NCBI GenBank assembly: GCA_963674945.2
Contig: CAXXWQ010000004.1
Span: 1,056,001 to 1,120,000 of the forward strand
DNA: 64,000 nt
Source of the DNA: an uncultured Desulfosarcina sp.
GTDB lineage: Bacteria; Desulfobacterota; Desulfobacteria; Desulfobacterales; Desulfosarcinaceae
Direction of reading: 5' to 3'
This document shows positions 21,013 to 29,700 of this stretch, piece after piece. The notes beneath the pieces were generated by a model. It had not been told where the DNA came from. It was given only the letters and a program-made list of their open reading frames with translations, and did no database searches. The translations under genes and the position numbers were made by a program. Each line of letters begins with the position of its first letter. Position 1 is the first letter of the stretch.

Positions 21013-21390
21013 TCACGCTTCTTTGAGTTTCAAAATGTTCTTTGCTCGCTCAATCAGCTGTTCCCCTTTAAAAGGCTTGACGATATAGTCCTTGACCCCC
21101 ATTTTCACGATCTGCATGACATTTTCCTTTCCCGATTCCGCCGTGAGCATGATTACGGGAATGTCCTTCAGGTCGTTCTCGGCCTTGAGTTTGCCCAGCA
21201 TCTCGATACCGGTCATCACCGGCATGGTGATATCGAGAATGATCAAATCCGGCATTTCCTTGGCGGCGATGGCAAGACCCTCCACGCCGTTTTCACCCTC
21301 GAACAGTTCACAATTATATGGTTTGAACGCTTTTTTCACGATCATCCGGATGGTTTTACTATCATCAACCGTTAGGATCTTATACGCCAT
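21013..21390 (-). CDS. Single-domain CheY-like response regulator
   Basis: ILTVDDS, LIILDITMP (phospho-Asp), MLTAE, YIVKPF; GGAGG RBS. Confidence 0.93.
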   Translation of the reverse strand: MAYKILTVDDSKTIRMIVKKAFKPYNCELFEGENGVEGLAIAAKEMPDLIILDITMPVMTGIEMLGKLKAENDLKDIPVIMLTAESGKENVMQIVKMGVKDYIVKPFKGEQLIERAKNILKLKEA

Positions 21391-21441
21391 CACTTACCTC
21401 CGAAATAAAAAAGGATTTTTCAGATTGTTTTCGAACTTATA

Positions 21442-21468
21442 CTATCGGTCCCACACGATGATTCTTTA
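21442..21468 (-). promoter_or_regulatory. Putative sigma28 (FliA) promoter
   Basis: Minus strand TAAA-N15-ACCGATAG versus consensus TAAA-N15-GCCGATAA, ~50 bp upstream of the CheY-like gene. Confidence 0.6.
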
Positions 21469-21594
21469 GCCCATTCATTACAAAAAGTAGGAATCGCGTT
21501 CATTGCACCTTTTTATTTTTCCCAAAGACACGAACGGATAACGGCGGATATGTGAATATGCGTCGGTTGCAGCGACGAAACTGATCGGCGCTGT

Positions 21595-22443
21595 CTATTC
21601 CAGTTGAAACAATTCGTTGACACGTTCCAGCTTTTCCGCAAATTCATCAACGACAGCTTGCATTGTAGATTCGTCGATCCCCAGCGACCGCGCGACACGC
21701 CCATCTTCCGGATAAAATGGGTCGTCAATGCCTTTGCCGATTTCCATCCTTCGGCAAAGGGCGTCGGCAAGATAAACAACGGATGCATTGAGATAGCAAC
21801 CTTTCGCTTCCAAAGGACGGTGATAATATATAAGGATGCATTGAAGTGGTTTGGGAAAATTCCAGCTTTTGGCCACCATTGCCCCCACCTGGGTATGGTC
21901 GAAGCCCAACACCTGGCGCTCCGCCTCCCGAAATGTCACGTTCTTGTCCTTTACACGATCCAGGACCTGGATCATCGCCGATCGAAGGTATTGATTCAAG
22001 ATCACCTTGCCGATATCTCGCATCAGGGCGCCGGTAAAAATGAGACCGGTTTCCTTCAATCCTTTGATTTTAGATAGATCGTTGGCAATAATGGCAGCAG
22101 AGACGGCGCTCTTCCACAACTCCCCTTTGTCCAACCCATACCCCTCGTGGGCGCCTTCGAAGCTCTTTGCACAAGTGGCCAGTAACACCAGGTCAATCAC
22201 CTGACGCATTCCCAGATAAATTACCGCTTGCTTGGCTTCGTAGATCTTACCCGGCAACCCGAAAAATGCCGAGTTGGCAAGTTTAAGCACATTTGCCGTC
22301 AATGCCGGTTCATGTTGGATGATATTGGCAAGATCAGACATGCCACATTCCGGGTCACCCAAGAGGGCCATTACTTTTTCGCCGGCATCCGAAACCGGTC
22401 TGAGTTGATTGACCTCTTCGAGAATATCTTCGATGGTCGGCAT
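21595..22443 (-). CDS. HDOD-domain protein
   Basis: EPALTANVLKLANSAFFG, AVIYLG, RDIGK, GFDHTQVGAMVAKSWNFP; start uncertain. Confidence 0.9.
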   Translation of the reverse strand: MPTIEDILEEVNQLRPVSDAGEKVMALLGDPECGMSDLANIIQHEPALTANVLKLANSAFFGLPGKIYEAKQAVIYLGMRQVIDLVLLATCAKSFEGAHEGYGLDKGELWKSAVSAAIIANDLSKIKGLKETGLIFTGALMRDIGKVILNQYLRSAMIQVLDRVKDKNVTFREAERQVLGFDHTQVGAMVAKSWNFPKPLQCILIYYHRPLEAKGCYLNASVVYLADALCRRMEIGKGIDDPFYPEDGRVARSLGIDESTMQAVVDEFAEKLERVNELFQLE

Positions 22444-22509
22444 TTTATTGGGTTCGCTTTCCTTTTGGTGGAATGAAAACGAAGACACGTATAACGCCTT
22501 GGCAATCGA

Positions 22510-22950
22510 TCAGGAGGGCAATTCTTTCGAGGTGCCGATGCAGTGTGCCAGAAGTTCCTCGAGTTGCTGCTTGTGTTCGGCATCCAGCTTCTTGAATTCC
22601 AAAGCGTCGGACCGATGTTCTTCGGCCGATTTCTTTCTTTTCTTTTTAGATGCTGCAAAGATGGGAGAATAGGGGATGTTGTGGATGTAAATCCCCTTTT
22701 CGGTCATCAGTAGATCCAATTCAAAAGAGCCTTCTTCGGGCATGTGGCCGCAATCACCTTCGAAGGCGATTCCTCCGAGCCCCAGATTTCGCACCTGCCC
22801 CATCATCTCTGTTTTGGATTTATAGATGACCATGGCAATCTCGCCGATACTCATCTTTTTGTGGTTCAGTAATGGTTCCACCTTGTCTCTCAAGATCATG
22901 AATGTACCACGTGGCATGGCGTAGCGCGGATGTTTTCTACGTTCAATCAT
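22510..22950 (-). CDS. PilZ-like domain protein
   Basis: N-terminal ERRKHPR (RxxxR), NLGLGG variant of D/NxSxxG, C-terminal LEFKKL. Confidence 0.65.
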   Translation of the reverse strand: MIERRKHPRYAMPRGTFMILRDKVEPLLNHKKMSIGEIAMVIYKSKTEMMGQVRNLGLGGIAFEGDCGHMPEEGSFELDLLMTEKGIYIHNIPYSPIFAASKKKRKKSAEEHRSDALEFKKLDAEHKQQLEELLAHCIGTSKELPS

Positions 22951-23108
22951 TTACAATTCCCACATGTTGTCGTTGTTTTATTCTAATCGAATCCGTTTTG
23001 GGCAAATGAAAGCCACAATCGGACAATCTGCTCGGCATCTTTTTTGTCTTCAAAGCGGTGTCGACGGCCTGTCGCGTTGATCGTTGAGATGAGAACTCAA
23101 TTTTAGCA

Positions 23109-23125
23109 TGCAATATAAACGCCAA
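23109..23125 (-). promoter_or_regulatory. Putative sigma54 -24/-12 promoter
   Basis: Minus strand TTGGCGTTTATATTGCA has the exact GG-N10-GC spacing, upstream of PilZ-HDOD. Confidence 0.55.
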
Positions 23126-23552
23126 CGGTTAAGCTTTTTTCGTTCGGGTGAGAAGCAGATCAACGCAATTCGGCACGGCAGAGGGACTTTGACGACAACG
23201 GGCAATGTGCCATCACCAACCTGAGTGCTTGTTGCCAGTGCAAACAGGTGGCCGTCCTGCCAGAAGGAGACAAGATAATGGCGGGACCGACAAAATTTCA
23301 ACACGAACACTGACGCAAGCGAGCCTTGTATCACCACTGGCCGAAAATACCGGCAGAACTATGATAAATTTAAAAATATTAGGATAACAATTGCTTGTCA
23401 AGTAACTTCGAAAACTCCTGGACCGGGAACGCACTGCATACCATCATTGAATTTAGGCATTGTGTATGGTAGGTAAAATAAAATATCATTATCGCAAATA
23501 TTCTTATAAAATGTGAAGATAAAGCCGATTTCCCAACGCCGGTGAGATTCGT

Positions 23553-24296
23553 ATGCCACAGACTGCGACCGCAATGATTCAACTGATTCACATCCGCGGA
23601 CCGATGAAGGGCCAAAGCCAGGCTTTCTCAGAATTTCCCGTTTCCATTGGCAGGCATCCAACGTGTCATGTCCGGTTTGACCGGACACAGACCACCATTT
23701 CCAGGCAACATGCCCGTATTGAACGCCAGGGGAATCGATTCCGTATCATCGATACCAGTACAAACGGCACATTTGTCAATGGAAAGCGAATCGCCGATAT
23801 ATACCTTCGAGACGGAGATGCCATCACCTTTTCACCCGAAGGGCCCAAAGCCAATTTTATTGCTCAATTCGGTACCGATCACCATTCCCAGCAATCTTCC
23901 GACACCTCGAAAAGCGCCCAGGTGCCATCCGATGCGGGGATGACAATGGGTCCTGCCATGGAGATTCCCGTTACCGTATCGGAAAAGCCCCTGATGATTC
24001 AGTATGGTGAGAAGTTAAAAACCTATTCACTCTTGCCCATCACCATCGGTTCGGACAACACTTGTGATTTTGTTATCCCCGGCGACACCCTGGCAGGCTG
24101 CCACATTCAATTCTTTTTTTGGGAGAACGACTACTACGTCAAGGACTTGACCGGGGAAAACCTGGTTACCATCAATGGCCGACCCATTGGCGACAAGTCC
24201 GTACTGGCCACGGGTGCGGAACTCTCGTTGAGTAAAATCGGCCCTCGATTCCGCTTCCTGGAGGGCGGCAGATTGGCCCACATTCGGGAGCCGTAA
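23553..24296 (+). CDS. Double FHA-domain protein
   Basis: First FHA canonical (IGR, SRQH, STNGTFVNG); second degenerate (IGS, AGCH). Confidence 0.85.
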   Translation: MPQTATAMIQLIHIRGPMKGQSQAFSEFPVSIGRHPTCHVRFDRTQTTISRQHARIERQGNRFRIIDTSTNGTFVNGKRIADIYLRDGDAITFSPEGPKANFIAQFGTDHHSQQSSDTSKSAQVPSDAGMTMGPAMEIPVTVSEKPLMIQYGEKLKTYSLLPITIGSDNTCDFVIPGDTLAGCHIQFFFWENDYYVKDLTGENLVTINGRPIGDKSVLATGAELSLSKIGPRFRFLEGGRLAHIREP

Positions 24297-24316
24297 TCCG
24301 ACAAAAGAGGCTGCCC

Positions 24317-25249
24317 TCAAGGGGAGACACTGGAGAAGGACCATTGTGCCTCATAGAATTCAACACCCTGATCGGGTTCGCTGGTCTTCTTCGCCTGGAT
24401 GTTGATCCCCCTCGCCCTTCGGGATAGATCCGTTTTCGTTCCCCGAAAGACACCCAACCCGCCACCGATGGTTTTGGTGGGAAGTCTGTCCATAAACCCC
24501 TCGCTGGCATATACGACGATCCTGTCCGTACCGTAGGGTGGTGACACGGAGAGGGAATACTGGTCCTCGACGTCGGGAATGCGATATTTGATTCCGGCCT
24601 TGAAGAAGTTATTGGTCCGATGGTCATTGGGAAGCAGCTGGACGATATCGCCATTGGTCATGATATCCACGACAACCGCGAAGAAATCACGGTTGCCTTG
24701 TAGATAGATCACCACATCTTCCCCATGGGTATAGGTCTTTTTGTCTGTCCACACCTTGACGGTTAACGGCGCGGCCGTGTCATTCAGCAGTTCTTTCACC
24801 GGCTCCTGCTTTTCCCCGTCGAGACGCGAATGGTGTTTCGGCGCAATGTCGTAAAACACCTCCGCCTTGATCCACACATGGTAGCGGCTATTTTCCTCCA
24901 CCCCGTGATCTTTTTGTTCCAGTATCCGAACCGCGCCGTCGACTTCGGACCAGATCAAGTCATAGGTGAGGTTCCCATCTTCCACTTTGGTCTTGGATTG
25001 CATGTAGGTCTGCGCTGCTTCCAGGGCCTGGCGTTTGGCCAGGGAGAACGCTTCGGATCGAATCTGGCTCAGGGTCTTGTCTTCGGAGAGATAGGCAAAC
25101 GCATCGACCTGATGAATGGAGGACCGCTTATCGCGATCCGGTGTCTGTTCTTGGGCTGCCACGGCGGCAAGGGGAAACCCCAAAGCGATGACGATGAGGG
25201 ACATAACGGCAAATAAGCGTCGGATTTTTTTCACGGCATCCTCTCTCAA
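24317..25249 (-). CDS. Exported DUF4384-like domain protein
   Basis: Signal peptide; VKVWTDKKTYTHGEDV, VQLLPN, VSPPYGTDRIVVYAS; start uncertain. Confidence 0.7.
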   Translation of the reverse strand: MREDAVKKIRRLFAVMSLIVIALGFPLAAVAAQEQTPDRDKRSSIHQVDAFAYLSEDKTLSQIRSEAFSLAKRQALEAAQTYMQSKTKVEDGNLTYDLIWSEVDGAVRILEQKDHGVEENSRYHVWIKAEVFYDIAPKHHSRLDGEKQEPVKELLNDTAAPLTVKVWTDKKTYTHGEDVVIYLQGNRDFFAVVVDIMTNGDIVQLLPNDHRTNNFFKAGIKYRIPDVEDQYSLSVSPPYGTDRIVVYASEGFMDRLPTKTIGGGLGVFRGTKTDLSRRARGINIQAKKTSEPDQGVEFYEAQWSFSSVSP

Positions 25250-25398
25250 ACGATATCAAATCATCCTTTCCGCTCCACCTGGGATGAATCCCCGAAGTTG
25301 AGGTGAAATTGGAAATACAATACAGGCCATTCACTCCCCAATCCCAAAAGTTCAATCTGCAGTCGGTCGATACCATGGGCACCGTCGGTTGAAAATCG

Positions 25399-26970
25399 TT
25401 ACCAGCGAACTTCGACCTTGCCGTTCAGATAGGCCTTGACCTCGGATATGGGCACTTCGCGACGGTGAAAGATCCCTGCCGCCAGTGCCGACTCAGCCTC
25501 GGTCTGTTCGAAAACCGCGGCGAAATGCGCCGCACAACCGGCACCACTGGATGCGATTACCGGAATGGTCACCGCCTGTTTGACGGCGTTGATCAACTCG
25601 ATGTCAAATCCTAGATTGGTGCCGTCACGATCGATGCAGTTGAGCAGGATTTCCCCTGCACCCAGTTTCTCGCATGTCCTGGCCAAGGTCACGGCATCCA
25701 CGTCCCGTCCCTCTCGGCCCCCTTTGACCGTGCACTGAAACCAGCAATACCGCTGGCCATCCGGACCCGGCGTAGCGGTTTCGATGGTTGGGTGGGGAGT
25801 TGCCTGGGGAGAATCCACATAGACGCGGCGGGGATCGATGGATATGACCACGGCCTGGTTGCCGTAGACAAAGGAGATCTGCTCGATGGCGCTCTCACCT
25901 GTCTTTTTTCCGGTTTTCAGATATTCTTCAACGATATAGACCGCATCACTACCGATGGAGACCTTGTCTGCACCCGAACGAAAATACTCCGCCGCGACTT
26001 CGAGTGCCGTGTAGTGGCGACCGTTTTTGTCGGTAAAATCCCTGATGCCCCCACCGATGGTCAAAGGAACGAATACTTTTTTGGAGGTTTCCTTGAGCAC
26101 TTGAATCATGGGCATGTCTTCCAGAGGAAAATCCCTGAATCCGGTAATGTTGAGAAACGTGATTTCGTCGGCGCCCTCCTCGTAATAGCGGCCGGCCAGC
26201 TCCACCGGTTTGCCCAGGTTCCGAACATTACCGCCTTCTCTCACGTCGTATTGATCCCCCTTTGTCACCACCAGGTCTCCGTGGTCGTTGGCCCGAACAT
26301 CCAGGCAGGCGATGATGCGCTTGGCCAACCGGGTCGCTTCCGGATTCCCTGCCGGTACCGACAGGGGCCGGTCACCGCGAATGAAGTTTTCCAGCAATCG
26401 CAACCCGGATGCACCGCTCTTTTCCGGATGGAACTGGGTGCCCACAATATTCCCCCTTTGCACGGCACTGACGAAGGAATAACCATAATCCGTTGTCGTC
26501 AGCACAATCGCAGGATCATCGGTGACGACGTGATAGGAGTGGACAAAATAAAATTTTTCGTCTCCGGCAAGTCCGTCGAATATCTGCGTCGGCTGTTTTA
26601 CATGGATACCGTTCCACCCGATATGGGGCACGGCCAGATCCACCTCGAACCGCTTGACCCCGCCGGAAAAGAGGCACAGGCCACATTCTCCCGGAGATTC
26701 GTCGCTTCCGGCAAACAGAGCCTGCATGCCGAGACAAATGCCGAAAAATGGCCGATCGGCCCTAAGGTAGGCAGAAAGGGGCTCCACGAACTGCCGTTCT
26801 TTCAGAATCTGCATCATGCTGCCAAAGCTGCCGACACCGGGAAAAACGAGTTTATCGGCACTTCGGATCTCCTCTGGATTCTTCGCGATGCAAACCGTTT
26901 CTCCCAGGCGCGAGATGGCGTTGATGACACTTCGAACATTCCCCGCGCCGTAGTCCAACAAGGTAATCAT
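25399..26970 (-). CDS. hisHF: Bifunctional imidazole glycerol phosphate synthase HisH-HisF fusion
   Basis: LDYGAGN, FPGVG, GICLG, QFHPEKS fused in frame to KRIIACLDV, GADEITFL, SGADKVSI, GAGEILLN, ALAAGIFH. Confidence 0.93.
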   Translation of the reverse strand: MITLLDYGAGNVRSVINAISRLGETVCIAKNPEEIRSADKLVFPGVGSFGSMMQILKERQFVEPLSAYLRADRPFFGICLGMQALFAGSDESPGECGLCLFSGGVKRFEVDLAVPHIGWNGIHVKQPTQIFDGLAGDEKFYFVHSYHVVTDDPAIVLTTTDYGYSFVSAVQRGNIVGTQFHPEKSGASGLRLLENFIRGDRPLSVPAGNPEATRLAKRIIACLDVRANDHGDLVVTKGDQYDVREGGNVRNLGKPVELAGRYYEEGADEITFLNITGFRDFPLEDMPMIQVLKETSKKVFVPLTIGGGIRDFTDKNGRHYTALEVAAEYFRSGADKVSIGSDAVYIVEEYLKTGKKTGESAIEQISFVYGNQAVVISIDPRRVYVDSPQATPHPTIETATPGPDGQRYCWFQCTVKGGREGRDVDAVTLARTCEKLGAGEILLNCIDRDGTNLGFDIELINAVKQAVTIPVIASSGAGCAAHFAAVFEQTEAESALAAGIFHRREVPISEVKAYLNGKVEVRW

Positions 26971-27057
26971 TTTGGCTCGTGTTTCCCTTCTCGTCGGCTC
27001 GTTTCCTATATTGTATTGGGTTGCAAAAAAGCCTTTTACCCCATCACCCAAAATGGT

Positions 27058-27510
27058 TCAACTGTTTTTTCCTATATTTTTAAATGGTTGGTGATGCAGT
27101 ACCGATCCGGACGGAACGATGCGATAGGAAGTCGTGATCTTGGCGTTCAAAGAAGCCACGGCTCCGCAGAACCTGGTTTCCGATAATCTGATGGCCTGTT
27201 CCACCCCCTTGGCCGAGACATCCGTACCGGAGATCACATATTCGATATGAATGTCCGTGTATCGCCGCGGATGTTTGTCGGCCCGGGTACCACAGATGTT
27301 AACCGTAAAACCGGTCACGGCCATCTGTTTTCTCTTGAGAATGGAAATTACGTCCATGGCCGTGCAACCGGCGATGCCCATGAGCAAAAGTTGCATGGGG
27401 CCGGCGGCGCTTCCGGTTTCCGGATTGTCGATCACTACGGCCGCCCCCCCGGGGCAGCTTGCAACGAATTGTTCATCCCGGGTCCATCGCAACTGTGCTT
27501 CAATCGTCAT
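27058..27510 (-). CDS. OsmC/YhfA-family protein
   Basis: GPMQLLLMGIAGCTAMDV and second Cys in RFCG. Confidence 0.88.
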   Translation of the reverse strand: MTIEAQLRWTRDEQFVASCPGGAAVVIDNPETGSAAGPMQLLLMGIAGCTAMDVISILKRKQMAVTGFTVNICGTRADKHPRRYTDIHIEYVISGTDVSAKGVEQAIRLSETRFCGAVASLNAKITTSYRIVPSGSVLHHQPFKNIGKNS

Positions 27511-27550
27511 CTCGGTACGCCCCTCAATTCAAAAAAGCTCGTCAATATTG

Positions 27551-28267
27551 CTATCTGGTCTCTTTTCCGGTTTTCAGGGACAAATTCCCTCTACCGGAAA
27601 CAGGATGCCGTCGAAGCAGCACAACCGTGGCACCGGTGCCCCCATCACACCCCCGTGCACTGGTAAATGCAATCACCCACCGTTTCCATCGTCCCTTTAC
27701 AAGCCACCGCAAAAGGTTTTGCTTGATCACCGGCGGTCCCGGAGAACGTCGGCCGCGACCATGGACCACCAGTACCGTTTGCAAACCGGCGGATGTGACC
27801 CGATCCATGAACTCGTCAAAAAGTGCCTTTGCGGCCCATAGGTTGCATCGGTGCAGATCAACATGGTCCTGGATGGAAAAATGGCCGCCGTGAATGCGAC
27901 GGAACATCTCGGGCGGCAACCACTTTACGGAACCTTGCACGTACTCTGCCGTGTATTCGAGGACGAAACCGTCCCCGGTCTCGATCATCCGTTTCAATGC
28001 CCGGATCGACTCGTCATCCGGATCGGCCCGCTGCCGTGATTTCGTTGGTGTTTGCCTTCGTACGGAAGCGACGACCTTCGCTCTTCCGGAAAGCGGCGTG
28101 ACATCCACCATGGCCTCGGCAAACAAACAACGCTCTTCTTCGGCCGTTAACGGTCGATCCGGAACCTCCGGCAGACAAACCGCCGGCAGTTGGACGTTGT
28201 TTCGAACCAGAAGATCGCCCAGGTCTCGAAAGGGTTTGCTACGGAAAGATGGTCTGCGGTGTACCAT
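27551..28267 (-). CDS. Smr/MutS2 C-terminal domain protein
   Basis: LFAEAMVDVTPL, VDLH, LVVHGRG, GGTGATVVLL; start uncertain. Confidence 0.85.
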   Translation of the reverse strand: MVHRRPSFRSKPFRDLGDLLVRNNVQLPAVCLPEVPDRPLTAEEERCLFAEAMVDVTPLSGRAKVVASVRRQTPTKSRQRADPDDESIRALKRMIETGDGFVLEYTAEYVQGSVKWLPPEMFRRIHGGHFSIQDHVDLHRCNLWAAKALFDEFMDRVTSAGLQTVLVVHGRGRRSPGPPVIKQNLLRWLVKGRWKRWVIAFTSARGCDGGTGATVVLLRRHPVSGRGNLSLKTGKETR

Positions 28268-28341
28268 GGTCCCTCGCCCCCATGGATCATTTTCTTTCAA
28301 AACATCCGATCCGTACACAAACGAAAGGAGTTGACCGGATA

Positions 28342-28779
28342 TCAAAAATACCGCTGGAAAATCATTTTCCTGCCAATGCCGCGTCGGTATTGAAAGTAGT
28401 CCGACAAAATGGTTGAATGATCGAACACCAAGGGTTCGGGAAGCGACTTTTCGGTGAAGACACCGGCGGCTTTCGCATCATCCGCGGCAACGGGGTCACC
28501 TTTTGCGGTGGCGATAAAAACCGTGGTAAGGGTGTGGTGTCTGGGATCCCGATCCGGGTGGCTGTAGACATAAAGCAGATCGGTCAGCCGCACATCCAAA
28601 CCGGTCTCCTCCCTGGCCTCGCGGACCGCACATTCCTCAACGGACTCGCCGTAATCCACAAAACCACCGGGGATGGCCCAGCCATGGGGTGGATTCTTTC
28701 GCCTGATCAGTACGATACCCCCTTTTACCTCGATAATGATATCAACGGTGGGAAGCGGATTTCGATACGATTTTTCCAT
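28342..28779 (-). CDS. NUDIX hydrolase
   Basis: Nudix box [29 protein letters not shown]. Confidence 0.93.
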   Translation of the reverse strand: MEKSYRNPLPTVDIIIEVKGGIVLIRRKNPPHGWAIPGGFVDYGESVEECAVREAREETGLDVRLTDLLYVYSHPDRDPRHHTLTTVFIATAKGDPVAADDAKAAGVFTEKSLPEPLVFDHSTILSDYFQYRRGIGRKMIFQRYF

Positions 28780-28822
28780 TATAATCGCTTTCGTGACGTT
28801 TGCGTCAGGGCCGAAGTTGGAA

Positions 28823-29173
28823 TCACAGCTCCGGTGCTCCGGAAGGAATGAGGCAAACGAATATCAATTTGCCGGTGCCGGCATTTCGAATCTGGTGTTC
28901 TTCGTTACCTGGAATAAAGGCAACCTGACCTGAATTCACGGGTATCCAGCGGCCGTCCTGCCAGATTTCGCCACTGCCGGCATGGAAAAAAAGTTCGTGT
29001 TCCCAGTCGTGTCGATGTCGTGGGGTGAAACCTTCCGGGTCCAGTTCGAAGACCCGCATGCAGAAATTCTCGGCGCCGTCGGCCTTTCCGATGACGACCC
29101 GGCCGGAAACCCCCTTGGCTTTGTCATTGTCGAAAAAAGTGGCCGATGGTTCATCGTAGGCAATCACTTTCAT
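28823..29173 (-). CDS. Cupin-domain protein
   Basis: [10 protein letters not shown] and FIPGNEEHQ; start moved to 29173 because the longer ORF begins in the repeat. Confidence 0.88.
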   Translation of the reverse strand: MKVIAYDEPSATFFDNDKAKGVSGRVVIGKADGAENFCMRVFELDPEGFTPRHRHDWEHELFFHAGSGEIWQDGRWIPVNSGQVAFIPGNEEHQIRNAGTGKLIFVCLIPSGAPEL

Positions 29174-29247
29174 GGTAACACGCTGTTTTGCCCTTTCCGG
29201 TTTGGTTCGTGTCAACACTTGATCAACTCGTAAAAAGTTGGATTTCG

Positions 29248-29372
29248 GACGGCTTCGTAAGAAGTCCGAGATCAAGGCTTGCGAATCCCAAGAAATGAGG
29301 CGTATGGTTGGATACGTCGCAGTGACGAGGGATGAAGCGTAACGCAGATATCGGATTTCTTACGAAGCCGTC
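29248..29372 (+). repeat. ~125-bp inverted-repeat element, copy 2 (extra TIR-like motif from ~29219)
   Basis: GACGGCTTCGTAAGAA...TTCTTACGAAGCCGTC perfect 16-bp TIR. Confidence 0.92.
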
Positions 29373-29700
29373 AAGACTTGAAATTATGAACCCGCGCCGA
29401 CTATGTCAACCGTTTTATAATCCCGTTTTCAATCCCATGGGTCCACATCGCGGCAGGCCGCCACACCGCCTGCTGGTACCACACATCCATTCCTCGCAGG
29501 ACAGAAGGATCAATTGACTGCTTGACTATCCGAAAAAATTGGGATGAAATGGCCGAAATTTTCGCAAATGGAAGTCATACTCGTAGATCAACATCCATCC
29601 TGCGATCGATGCCTCAGCCGTATAGAGATGGGGACGGTCCGGGACGAAACGACAGGATCGCCCGATGGGATGGATTTCGGTCCAGGAAGAAAGAAAGAAG

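Noticed and set aside
29332..29517. Short ORFs starting in or crossing repeat copies (also 56763-56996 and 60665-61369)
   Set aside because: Derived from the repeat or antisense to real genes; no protein motifs
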